64,000 bases of DNA from an uncultured Gammaproteobacteria bacterium. GTDB lineage: Bacteria > Pseudomonadota > Gammaproteobacteria > UBA9214. Of this stretch, positions 42,670 through 52,105 are shown in pieces. The first letter of the stretch is position 1, and each line of letters opens with the position of its first letter. The notes under the pieces are model-generated. The model was given only the letters and a program-made list of their open reading frames with translations, did not search any database and had not been told where the DNA came from. The position numbers and the translations under genes were made by a program. The stretch lies in the NCBI GenBank assembly GCA_963773065.1, contig CAVYZN010000032.1:96001-160000 (forward strand), given 5' to 3'.

Positions 42670-43599
42670 ATGGAAATCTTCGCGCAGCAGATCATCAACG
42701 GCCTGGTGCTGGGCAGCGTCTACGCGCTGGTCGCGCTCGGCTACACCATGGTGTACGGCATCCTCGAACTCATCAACTTCGCCCACGGCGAGATCACCAT
42801 GATCGGCGCGATGGTGGCCCTGGCGGTGATCGGCGCCCTTGTCGGTGCCGGCGTGGAACTGCCGGGCATCCTCATTGCCGGACTGGGCCTGCTCGCCGCC
42901 ATCCCGGCGTGCATGACGCTCGGTTACTGCATCGAACGCATCGCCTATCGGCCGCTGCGCCGGGCGCCGCGGCTGGCGGCGTTGATCACCGCCATCGGCA
43001 TGTCCATCATCCTGCAGAACGTCGCCATGCTGATCTGGGGACGCCAGTATATTTCCTTTCCGCCGATCCTGCCGCAGGGCCGGCATGTCGTGTTCGGCGC
43101 GACCATCTCCGATGTGCAGATCGTGATATTGACCACCGCGACGGTGCTGATGTTCGCCCTGGTGCTGCTGGTGAGCAAAACCCGGCTCGGCCGCGCCATG
43201 CGCGCCACCGCGCAGGCGCCGCAGATCGCGGGGCTGATGGGCGTGAACGTCGATACGATCATTTCGCTGACCTTCGTCATCGGTTCGGCGCTGGCCGCGG
43301 TGGCGGGCGTGATGGTCAGCGCCTATTATGGCCTGGCGCATTACTACATGGGTTTCCTGCTGGGACTGAAGGCGTTCTCCGCCGCGGTGCTGGGCGGCAT
43401 CGGCAACCTCGCCGGCGCGATGCTCGGCGGTCTGCTGCTCGGCGTGATCGAGAGTCTGGGCGCCGGTTATATCGGCGATCTCACCGGCGGCTTTCTCGGC
43501 AGTCACTATCAGGATGTGTTCGCGTTCTTTGTCCTGATACTGGTGCTGGTGCTGCGGCCATCGGGTCTGCTCGGGGAACGTGTCGCTGAACGCGCCTGA
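42670..43599 (+). CDS. livH: Branched-chain amino acid ABC permease
   Basis: QQIINGLVLGSVYALVALGYTMVYG, INFAHGE. Confidence 0.93.
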   Translation: MEIFAQQIINGLVLGSVYALVALGYTMVYGILELINFAHGEITMIGAMVALAVIGALVGAGVELPGILIAGLGLLAAIPACMTLGYCIERIAYRPLRRAPRLAALITAIGMSIILQNVAMLIWGRQYISFPPILPQGRHVVFGATISDVQIVILTTATVLMFALVLLVSKTRLGRAMRATAQAPQIAGLMGVNVDTIISLTFVIGSALAAVAGVMVSAYYGLAHYYMGFLLGLKAFSAAVLGGIGNLAGAMLGGLLLGVIESLGAGYIGDLTGGFLGSHYQDVFAFFVLILVLVLRPSGLLGERVAERA

Positions 43600-44707
43600 C
43601 GCCCTTTCCAGGACCCGCCGGCGCAACGCCTGGCTGGGCTACCTGCTGTTGTGCCTGCTGCTGGCCGCGCTGCCGTTTATCGCCGATGCCGGACTGGGCC
43701 GCTCCTGGGTGCGCGTGCTGGATTACACGCTGCTCTACATCATGCTCTCCCTCGGCCTTAACATCGTGGTCGGCTACGCCGGCCTGCTCGATCTCGGTTA
43801 CATCGCCTTCTACGCCGTCGGCGCCTATCTCTACGCCCTGCTCGCCTCGCCGCACTTCGGTCTGCATCTGCCGTTCTGGCTGCTGCTGCCTCTGGGCGCC
43901 ATGACGGCCGCGCTGTTCGGCGTATTGCTCGGCACCCCGACCCTGCGGCTGCGCGGCGATTATCTCGCCATCGTCACCCTCGGCTTCGGCGAGATCATCC
44001 GTATCTTTCTCAACAACCTCAACGCGCCGGTCAACATCACCAATGGCCCCCAGGGCGTGAATCTCATCGATCCGATCGCCTTCGGGGGTTTTTCCCTGGG
44101 CAAGACCCACATCCTGTTCGGCGTCACGTTCAGCGCCGCGCATCAATATTACTACCTGTTCCTGCTGCTGGCGCTGGCGGTGATCTTCATTTCACTGCGC
44201 CTGCAGGACTCGCGCATCGGCCGCGCCTGGGTGGCGATACGCGAGGATGAAGTGGCGGCCGAGGCCGTGGGCGTCAACACGCGCAACATCAAACTGCTCG
44301 CCTTCGCCATGGGCGCGACCTTCGGGGGCGTGGCCGGCGGACTGTTTGCCGGCTTTCAGGGTTTCATCAGTCCCGAGAGCTTCAATCTCATGGAGTCGGT
44401 CATGATCCTGTGCATGATCGTATTGGGCGGCATGGGCAGCATCCCGGGCGTGATTTTCGGCGCGGTGCTGCTCACGGTGCTCCCCGAGTCGCTGCGCTAT
44501 ATCGGCGATCTGCAGCGCGCCACGCTGGGACGCATCGTGGTCGACCCTTCCGATCTGCGCATGCTGCTCTTCGGTCTCGCGCTGCTGGCGGTCATGCTCT
44601 ATCGCCCCGCCGGCCTGCTGCCCTCGGGGCTGCGCCGGCGCGAGCTGGCGGCGGAGGACGGCGTCGCCGAGCAGGAACAGGCCTCGGTGTACGATGCCCG
44701 GCGCTAG
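43580..44707 (+). CDS. livM: Branched-chain amino acid ABC permease
   Basis: GLNIVVGYAGLLDLG, LRGDYLAIVTLGFGEI. Confidence 0.93.
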   Translation: MSLNAPDALSRTRRRNAWLGYLLLCLLLAALPFIADAGLGRSWVRVLDYTLLYIMLSLGLNIVVGYAGLLDLGYIAFYAVGAYLYALLASPHFGLHLPFWLLLPLGAMTAALFGVLLGTPTLRLRGDYLAIVTLGFGEIIRIFLNNLNAPVNITNGPQGVNLIDPIAFGGFSLGKTHILFGVTFSAAHQYYYLFLLLALAVIFISLRLQDSRIGRAWVAIREDEVAAEAVGVNTRNIKLLAFAMGATFGGVAGGLFAGFQGFISPESFNLMESVMILCMIVLGGMGSIPGVIFGAVLLTVLPESLRYIGDLQRATLGRIVVDPSDLRMLLFGLALLAVMLYRPAGLLPSGLRRRELAAEDGVAEQEQASVYDARR

Positions 44708-45489
44708 CCCGGCAACCGGCGGACCCTTGCTGTCGGTTGCCGCTGTGGGCAAGCGCTTCGGCGGCATCACCGCGCTGGATGGCGTTACGCTGTCCGTGCA
44801 GCATGGCGAAATCTACGGCCTGATAGGCCCCAACGGCGCCGGCAAGACCACCTTGTTCAATGTGTTCACCGGGCTGTACACGCCGAGCGCCGGCGCCGTC
44901 AGCTTTGCCGGTCATCCGCTGCGCGGCCTGAAACCGCATCAGGTCCTCGGCCTGGGTCTCGCGCGCACCTTCCAGAACATCCGCCTGTTCGCCAACATGA
45001 CCGCGCTTGGAGAATGTCATGGTTGGCCGCCATGCGCGCACCCATGCCGGCGTCTTGGGCGCCATTATCCGCGGTGCGCGCACGCGCGCGGAAGAGGCCG
45101 CGATCAAGGCGCGCGCCGGCGAACTGCTGGATCAGGTCGGCATCCGCGGGCAGCGCCGCACGCTGGCGAAAAATCTTTCCTACGGCGATCAGCGCCGCTT
45201 GGAGATCGCGCGCGCCCTGGCGAGCGAACCGCTGGCGCTGGCGCTGGATGAACCCGCCGCCGGCATGAATTCCGTCGAGCGTCAGGAGCTGACGCGTCTG
45301 ATCCGCCGCCTGCGCGATGAACTCCGGCTCACCATCCTGCTGATCGAACACGATGTGAAACTGGTGATGGGTTTGTGCGACCGTATCGCCGTGCTGGATT
45401 TTGGCGCGAAGATCGCCGAGGGCGCGCCGCGCGACGTGCAGAGCGATCCCCGCGTCATCGCCGCCTATCTCGGGAGCGAACCGGCGTGA
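44694..45489 (+). CDS. livG: Branched-chain amino acid ABC ATPase (apparent frameshift near 45005)
   Basis: GPNGAGKTT, ARTFQNIRLF, LSYGDQRRLEIARAL. Confidence 0.9.
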
Positions 45490-46199
45490 ACCAGCTGGAG
45501 GTGCGCAATCTGTCGGTCGCCTACGGCAACATACACGCGGTGCGCGAGGTGAGCATGGAATTGCGCGAAGGCGAGCAGGTCTGTCTCATCGGGGCCAACG
45601 GCGCGGGCAAGACCACCTTGCTCAAGGCCATCGCCGGCATGTTGCCGCCCGCGAGAGGCACGGTATATTTCCAGGGCATCGCGCTGACTGGCAAGCCATC
45701 CCATGAAATCGTGAGACTGGGCATCGCCCTGGCGCCGGAGGGCCGCGGCATTTTCGGCCGGCTTACCGTGGCGGAAAATCTCGCCATGGGCGCCTACATA
45801 CGTCGTGATTACGCGTCGATGCGCAGCGACACCCACATGGTGTTCGACCTGTTTCCGCGCCTCGCCGAACGCAAGGCCCAGCCCGCCGGTCTGCTCTCCG
45901 GCGGCGAACAGCAGATGCTCGCCATCGGCCGCGCCTTGATGAGCCGCCCGCGATTGCTGTTGCTGGATGAACCCAGCATGGGGCTCGCCCCGCTGCTGGT
46001 GCAAAAGATCTTCGACACCATCGGCCACATCGCCGCGCGCGGCGTCACCATGATCCTGGTCGAACAGAATGCCCGCCTCGCGCTTAAGGCGTGCAGCCGC
46101 GGTTATGTCATGGAAAGCGGCAAAATCACGCTGAGTGACAGCGCGCGGAATCTGATCGAGAGTCCGAAGGTGCGCCACGCCTATCTCGGCGAGGCCTAG
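45486..46199 (+). CDS. livF: Branched-chain amino acid ABC ATPase
   Basis: GANGAGKTT, LSGGEQQMLAIGRAL, DEPSMGLAP. Confidence 0.93.
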   Translation: MNQLEVRNLSVAYGNIHAVREVSMELREGEQVCLIGANGAGKTTLLKAIAGMLPPARGTVYFQGIALTGKPSHEIVRLGIALAPEGRGIFGRLTVAENLAMGAYIRRDYASMRSDTHMVFDLFPRLAERKAQPAGLLSGGEQQMLAIGRALMSRPRLLLLDEPSMGLAPLLVQKIFDTIGHIAARGVTMILVEQNARLALKACSRGYVMESGKITLSDSARNLIESPKVRHAYLGEA

Positions 46200-46353
46200 C
46201 CCGCCTATCACCGGGCAGGCCCGTTCGAGTGCGCAACGATTTCAGGGCAACGCGTGATGGACTTAAGCATCCAGGGCAGGGCAAGCCGGACGGCATCATC
46301 CAGGCGGCGCCTCGCCATCCCGCCTCTTGGCGTCAACGCTCACCCAGTCAGAA

Positions 46354-48171
46354 TGCCGAGAGCGCCGCGCTGCTGGTGGAGGCGCGTGTTCCCCAACAGC
46401 CGGTGCGCCAATGGGTATTGAGCTTTCCGTATTCCTTGCGTTTACTGTTCGCCAGCCGCTCGGGCGTGATGGGTCAGTTGCTGGGCATCGTCTACCATGT
46501 CATCGCCACGCACCTGATCAAGAAAGCCGGGTTTACCCGCAAGACGGCCCGCATCGGCGCGGTGACCTTGATCCAACGCTTCGGTAGCGCGCTGAATCTC
46601 AACATCCACTTGATGTGCATGGACGCACGAATGCCGCGGGCGCAGGGATGCGCAGGAGCGGCCCACATGCTCTTTCTGGATGGCGTCTACATCAATGGTG
46701 TCAATGGAACCTGCCAGCCGGTTTCAGTGGGTCAAGGCGCCGACCAACACCGATCTCACCCGGCTGGCCCTACACCATCGCCCGGCGCGTCGGTCGTTTG
46801 CTGGAACGGCAGGGATTGCTGGAACGCTATATCGACGACACGCGATGTGGACGACAGCTATCTGGCCGGAGAGGCTGTGGATGCGGGGCCGTTGGATCAG
46901 CTACTGGCTCACTCGATGATGTGCAGGGACGCACGAATGCCGCGAAGCGCATGGATGCGAGAGAGCGGCCACGTACCGCATCGCCGTAGGCGCCAGCCAA
47001 GGCCGCAAGGTGTTCGCCTAAAGCGCCTACTGTTGGCACCCTGCAGACCCTGCCCGCGTGCGACCCGGAGGATCAATTTGCGGACACGGTGGGCAAGGTG
47101 GCCGGCTTCTCGCTCCATGCCGAGGTGGCGGCGAGGGCGGATGAACGCCAGAAGCTGGAACGGTTTGGCTGGCACTGTGTCAGGGCGCAGCTTTCAGTGT
47201 AATGGGGCTATCCACCAGCGACGTACTGTCGCTGAACCTGCTCAGCCTCCAGCGGCCAATCCTTCCAGCTGCGATGACGAGGCTACATTGCCAGGCCGGC
47301 GGTATCGGAAAAGCGCCTGTCGCTCACTGCGAATGGTAACGTGCGGTACCAACTCAAGACGCCGTACCGCGAAAGCTTGCCCCGCGAGCGCAGCGAGTGC
47401 TTTGGGCATGGCACGACGCACGCCATCTTTGAGCCGCTGGATTTTGTCGCGCGGCTCGCTGCACTGGTGCCGAAGCCCCGGGTCAACCTGACGCGTTTCC
47501 ATGGCGTGTTTGCGCCGAACAGCCGGCACCGTGCGCGGGTGACGCCGAGCGGGAGGGGCAAGGGAAGCCGGCGTCCCTGGCAGGGGGATTCGGACGACGA
47601 GCAAACGCCCGCCGAACGCCGGGCATCGATGACCTGCACCCAAAGGGCATAAAGGCGCAGCGCCTGAAACGCGTATTTGGTATCGATATCGAGACTTGCC
47701 GGATCTGCGGCGGGTCGGTCAGGATCATGCCCAAAGCACTCGCTACGCTCGCGGGGCAGGCTCTCGCAGGGACGCACGAGGTAGGGCGACGCAGGATGCC
47801 GAAGCCGAGAGGAGCCGGCGGTGATGCCCAAATCACTTCGTGGGGCAGGCTCTCAAGAAGATCCTCAGCCACCTCGATGAGAAAGGCGCCTCGGCGGAAG
47901 CCTCACCGATGCCACCGTGCCGGGCGCCGCCACAGGCGGTCTTGTTCGACTGATACAGGCACCCGGGGGACAACCCGCGTCTGCGAGATCGAGCGACGCG
48001 GCAGGGAGGCGGCCGGTCTGAGGGTCAGAACATGTCCGAAAAGCTCACTGACGTGCGACGGGGATTCAGGCGGAAATCATGTTGAGGGGCAGATCGACGG
48101 CCGCCGGTGACGCTGATGACCGACGGATGGTTACTCGATCTGAGGAAAAGTTGGTTTATATCTTCTAAAGC
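46354..48171 (+). mobile_element. ISCR/IS91-family element: 5'-truncated transposase pseudogene (to 47953) and oriIS (48151-48171)
   Basis: PVRQWVLSFP, QRFGSALNLNIH..HMLFLDGVY, GFSLHA, FEPLDFVARLAALVPKPRVNLTRFHGVFAPN; ends ttggtttatatcttctaaagc. Confidence 0.92.
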
Positions 48172-49640
48172 GCCGCCGCAATTTCCATAAAGCTGTTCAA
48201 TCCAGCCTCAAGGTTTTCAATGATCTCCCCCGCCAGCTCATCCGGCTCCGGCAGGTTGTCTAGATCGGCCAGGCTTTTATCCTTGAGCCAGAAGATATCC
48301 AGACTGGTTTTATCCCGCGCTATGATTTGCTCGTAGCTGAATTTGCGCCAGCGTCCTTCCGGGTTGCTTTGCTCTCCCCATAGCTCTTTACGCTCATGGC
48401 GATTGAGCGGGTTATAGTAGGCAATGAATTCCTGTAAATCCTCGAAGCGTAGCGGTTTCTTTTTCAGGGTGTTGTGAATGTTGGTGCGGTAGTCGTAGTA
48501 CCAGACTTCCTTTGTCCACGGCTCTTTACTGGCTGCGCGGTTATCGAAGAACAGCACATTCGCCTTTACGCCGTTGGCGTAGAAGATGCCGGTGGGCAAG
48601 CGCAGGATGGTGTGCAGGTCGGTAGTTTCCAGCAACTTCTTGCGCACCGATTCACCCGCGCCGCCTTCAAACAGCACATTGTCCGGCACCACCACCGCCG
48701 CGCGTCCGGTGGTTTTCAGCATGGTGCGGATGTGCTGCACGAAGTTGAGCTGTTTGTTGGAAGTGGTCGCCCAGAAATCCTGCCGGTTGTAGGTCAGGTC
48801 GTCCTTCTCCTGTTCGCCTTCCTCATTGGTGAAACTCATCGCGCTCTTCTTGCCGAACGGCGGATTCGCCAGCACGTAGTCGAAGCGTTTTCCGCTATCG
48901 GCCATCAGCGCATCGTTAGGCGACACCATGCTCTCGCCGTCGATCTCGCCGATATTGTGCAAGAACATATTCATCAAAGCGAGGCGGCGGGTGCCTGCGA
49001 CAATCTCATTGCCGTAAAATGTCTCGTGCTTGAGAAACGCTTTCTGTTTCTTGTCCATCTGATGCGCCGCCACCAGAAAATCATACGCCGCCAAAAAGAA
49101 CCCGCCCGTACCGCAGGCCGGATCGGCAATGGTCTTGCTGGGTTCCGGACGCACGCATTCCACCATTGCTTTAATCAGCGCACGCGGCGTGAAGTATTGC
49201 CCCGCGCCGGATTTCGTATCCTCGGCATTGCGCTCCAGCAAACCTTCGTAGATGTCGCCCTTCACATCCGCGCCCATCGTCACCCATTGCGTTTCATTCA
49301 CCATGTCGATCAGGCGATACAGCTTGGCGGGATCCTGAATCTTGTTCTGCGACTTGGTGAAAATCTGTCCCAGCATCCCCGGCTTGTTGCCCAGCTCGCG
49401 CAGCAGCGTCATGTAGTGCACTTCCAACTCCGCGCCGCGCTTTGGCTTGAGACTTTGCCAGTTGTATTCCGCAGGAATGCCGACCTTGCGGTTGTAAGGC
49501 GGCTGGCTGTATTCATCCGCCATTTTCAGGAAGATCAAATAAGTGAGCTGCTCCAGATAGTCGCCATAGCTCACGCCATCATCTTTAAGGACAGTGCAGA
49601 AACTCCAGACCTTGGAAACGATGGATGCGGTTGCGTTCAT
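48165..49640 (-). CDS. hsdM: Type I R-M methyltransferase subunit
   Basis: GQYFTPR, DPACGTGGF, NPPF. Confidence 0.95.
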   Translation of the reverse strand: MNATASIVSKVWSFCTVLKDDGVSYGDYLEQLTYLIFLKMADEYSQPPYNRKVGIPAEYNWQSLKPKRGAELEVHYMTLLRELGNKPGMLGQIFTKSQNKIQDPAKLYRLIDMVNETQWVTMGADVKGDIYEGLLERNAEDTKSGAGQYFTPRALIKAMVECVRPEPSKTIADPACGTGGFFLAAYDFLVAAHQMDKKQKAFLKHETFYGNEIVAGTRRLALMNMFLHNIGEIDGESMVSPNDALMADSGKRFDYVLANPPFGKKSAMSFTNEEGEQEKDDLTYNRQDFWATTSNKQLNFVQHIRTMLKTTGRAAVVVPDNVLFEGGAGESVRKKLLETTDLHTILRLPTGIFYANGVKANVLFFDNRAASKEPWTKEVWYYDYRTNIHNTLKKKPLRFEDLQEFIAYYNPLNRHERKELWGEQSNPEGRWRKFSYEQIIARDKTSLDIFWLKDKSLADLDNLPEPDELAGEIIENLEAGLNSFMEIAAAL

Positions 49641-49661
49641 GTATTAACCTCGAAAATAATT

Positions 49662-49730
49662 TGTCATTCCCGTGAAAGCGGGAATCCAGTTTTTTAACTC
49701 ACTGGATGCCGGATCAAGTCCGGCATGATG
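49662..49730. repeat. GTCATTCCC-type REP-like doublet
   Basis: gtcattcccgtgaaagcgggaatccagt ... actggatgccggatcaagtccggcatga. Confidence 0.75.
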
Positions 49731-49812
49731 GGTTTCTGCAATCGGTCAGCAGGCTGCTGACCGATTCGGCACTTAACTTATTACCCTCTTTATTACCCTT
49801 ACTAAAGGGTAA

Positions 49813-50859
49813 TTACCCTTTCTTTTTCCAACGTGCCGCAGGCCCACGGCCTTGGCATTCGATGACATTTGCGTTTTGCTGTTCTCTCAAGACCCGCCGC
49901 ACCATGTCTTTGCTCACACCGGGGCATGCCTGCTCCACCTGCGAAACGGTGAATTCACCCACGAATCGGTTGATGGCCGCCAACACCAAATCCGTCTTCG
50001 AGCCACGTGGCGCTCTCACCTCGCCCACGCGCTCGGCAAACTCGCGATATGCCAACTTCAGAATGGACAACACGTAGTTGATGTAAGGCCAAGGATCATG
50101 CTTGCCCTCATGCCATCCCTGCGAACTCTGCTCCAGCGTCTCGTAATAGCGATCCTTATTTTCCTCGATCAATCGCTCAAGGCTGATGTAGCGCCCCACC
50201 TCATTACCCAACTGATAGCACTGAAGTAGCAGCGCCAACCGGGACACACGCCCGTTGCCATCGCGGAAAGGATGAATGCACAGAAAATCCAGATTGAATG
50301 CCGCCATCGCAATGAGCGGATGAATCCAGCGCTCATCCAGGCAATGTTGCCAATCGGCAACCAGATTCGCCATGGCTGCCGGTGTGCCCGCCGCAGGCAC
50401 CGGGCGGAAACGCACCCGCTCGCGCCCATCCGGGTAGCGTTCGATGATGTCGCCGTCTTTCTCCTTGTACTGCCCCGCATCCCAGATTTGCCCGCGCGCC
50501 AGCCGGTGTAGTTCACGTATCGTCGCCTCGCTCACAGGCATGCGCGTAGCGCCTTCGTGGATGAGCTGCAATGCATCGCGATAACCGCGCACCTCTTCTT
50601 CATCGCGATCCCGGAACAAAGGCTTGGCCGCAACCAGCACATCACGCACCCGTGACGGATCGACCGATACCCCTTCAATCCGGTTGGAAGAAACCGCACT
50701 TTCAATCAGCGCATGTTCCCACAATGTCTTGAGCCGCTGCGGCGATTGCTGTGTATAAAGCGCCTGCTTGCCGCGAAACTCGCCAAGATCGGCGAGATAC
50801 CAGGAGGTGCCGGCGGGAATGGAAAAATCTTTTACGGTGAAAAGGCGCAGGGTGTTCAT
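49813..50859 (-). CDS. Fic-domain protein
   Basis: HPFRDGNGRVSR canonical Fic motif; SSNRIEG inhibitory-helix-like motif. Confidence 0.93.
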   Translation of the reverse strand: MNTLRLFTVKDFSIPAGTSWYLADLGEFRGKQALYTQQSPQRLKTLWEHALIESAVSSNRIEGVSVDPSRVRDVLVAAKPLFRDRDEEEVRGYRDALQLIHEGATRMPVSEATIRELHRLARGQIWDAGQYKEKDGDIIERYPDGRERVRFRPVPAAGTPAAMANLVADWQHCLDERWIHPLIAMAAFNLDFLCIHPFRDGNGRVSRLALLLQCYQLGNEVGRYISLERLIEENKDRYYETLEQSSQGWHEGKHDPWPYINYVLSILKLAYREFAERVGEVRAPRGSKTDLVLAAINRFVGEFTVSQVEQACPGVSKDMVRRVLREQQNANVIECQGRGPAARWKKKG

Positions 50860-52105
50860 GTTGGCATACCTTCCGTTTCAGAAACACCTTTATTGCGACG
50901 CGATCGCCCCCCTTTAGCAAAGGGGGGTTGGGGGGATTTTGCCCGCTCCGCCTTGATGCGCGCCAGCAGCACCGAGGCAGGTTCATCGTGCGGGTCTTGC
51001 GGCACCAATTGGCCGGAGAAGGCTTTTTTCAGGATGGACTGACGCAGGGCTTCGGCTTGTTGCAGGGATGTGGTGATGGTTTGGTCGAGTTGGTCAGCTA
51101 TCGGAGAAGTTTGCATCGACTGGCATCTTGCAAGACCTCGTCTATTCTTCGGCTATACTGCAAAGAGGGAAAAGCAGATCTGACATCACGTTCTCTTGTG
51201 TTAATGCAGCTGGTCTTTTAACGCCATGTATTTCCTGAACCTCAAGTTTTTCTGAGTAGATGCTGCATTGACTGAGAACATCACAGGATAATGATATCCA
51301 CAAAGTACACGACCGAATAGCCTGACGCAGAAACACGAATCGGCCTGATGTTTGATTATGAGAAGCTTCAATATCTACGAAGCGCAGTCTGGCCACCGAG
51401 CTTTCTCGTGTCACGAATGATCAGCAAGCAATGTTACCTGATCACAACTGGGTGATTCTTCAGTCGACTGCATTCTTATAGCCTCAGTAGCTTATTTTTT
51501 CCTTTGTCTTCATTAAATTCTGGCGAAGGCAACACTCTCAACACTGCAATACCACATGGAACATCGCTATTCCACAAAGTCAGCTACTTTTCAGATTCGA
51601 TCCGAAAGGGCCATCATGAAACATCTGACATACGTATTGCCCGAGCTTCACCCACCTCCACCCCTCCGGCACTTCAGGCAATTCGGCCAGTTCTTCGGCG
51701 GTGAGCGGCGGCAGAGATTTCGGGGCTTTGGGTTTAAAGTCCCCTGCCTCCTTTTCAAAGGGGGATTAGCAAGGTGGCGGCGCTGGGGTCTCCCTTTGTA
51801 AAAGGGGGATCGAGGGGGATCTCTCCCAGTCAGCGAGTTGTTGCTGGTAGCGTTGCGCGCGTTCTTGCTGGATGCGCTTTTGCAAGGCAGCGGCGGTTTC
51901 GAGTTTGTCCTGATTCTCCACGCGCCACTGCGCGGTGAGCTTTCCTTCGAAAGCGTGTTTCAGCAGCGCTTGGCGATACACCTTGAGCTGCGCGCGGGCG
52001 GTCTTCAGGTTTTCGATGCCCTTATCCAGATCGGAAAACAACTCCTCTATTTTGGTGACGATGCGGTGTTGTTCGGGGAGTGGGGGTAAACCGAACTCTA
52101 GTTCC
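50856..52105 (-). pseudogene. hsdS: Type I R-M specificity subunit lacking its N-terminal TRD; remaining TRD broken
   Basis: LPPLPEQHRIVTKIEELFSDLD, RQALLKHAFEGKLT, LPEVPEGW, LRQSILKKAFSGQLVPQDPHDEPASVLL; AT-rich TRD at 51120-51640. Confidence 0.85.

Noticed and set aside
46229-47491. 420-aa ORF as an intact transposase
   Set aside because: It lacks the N-terminal region, the HUH motif is interrupted, and the ORF drifts out of the transposase frame after about 46710.
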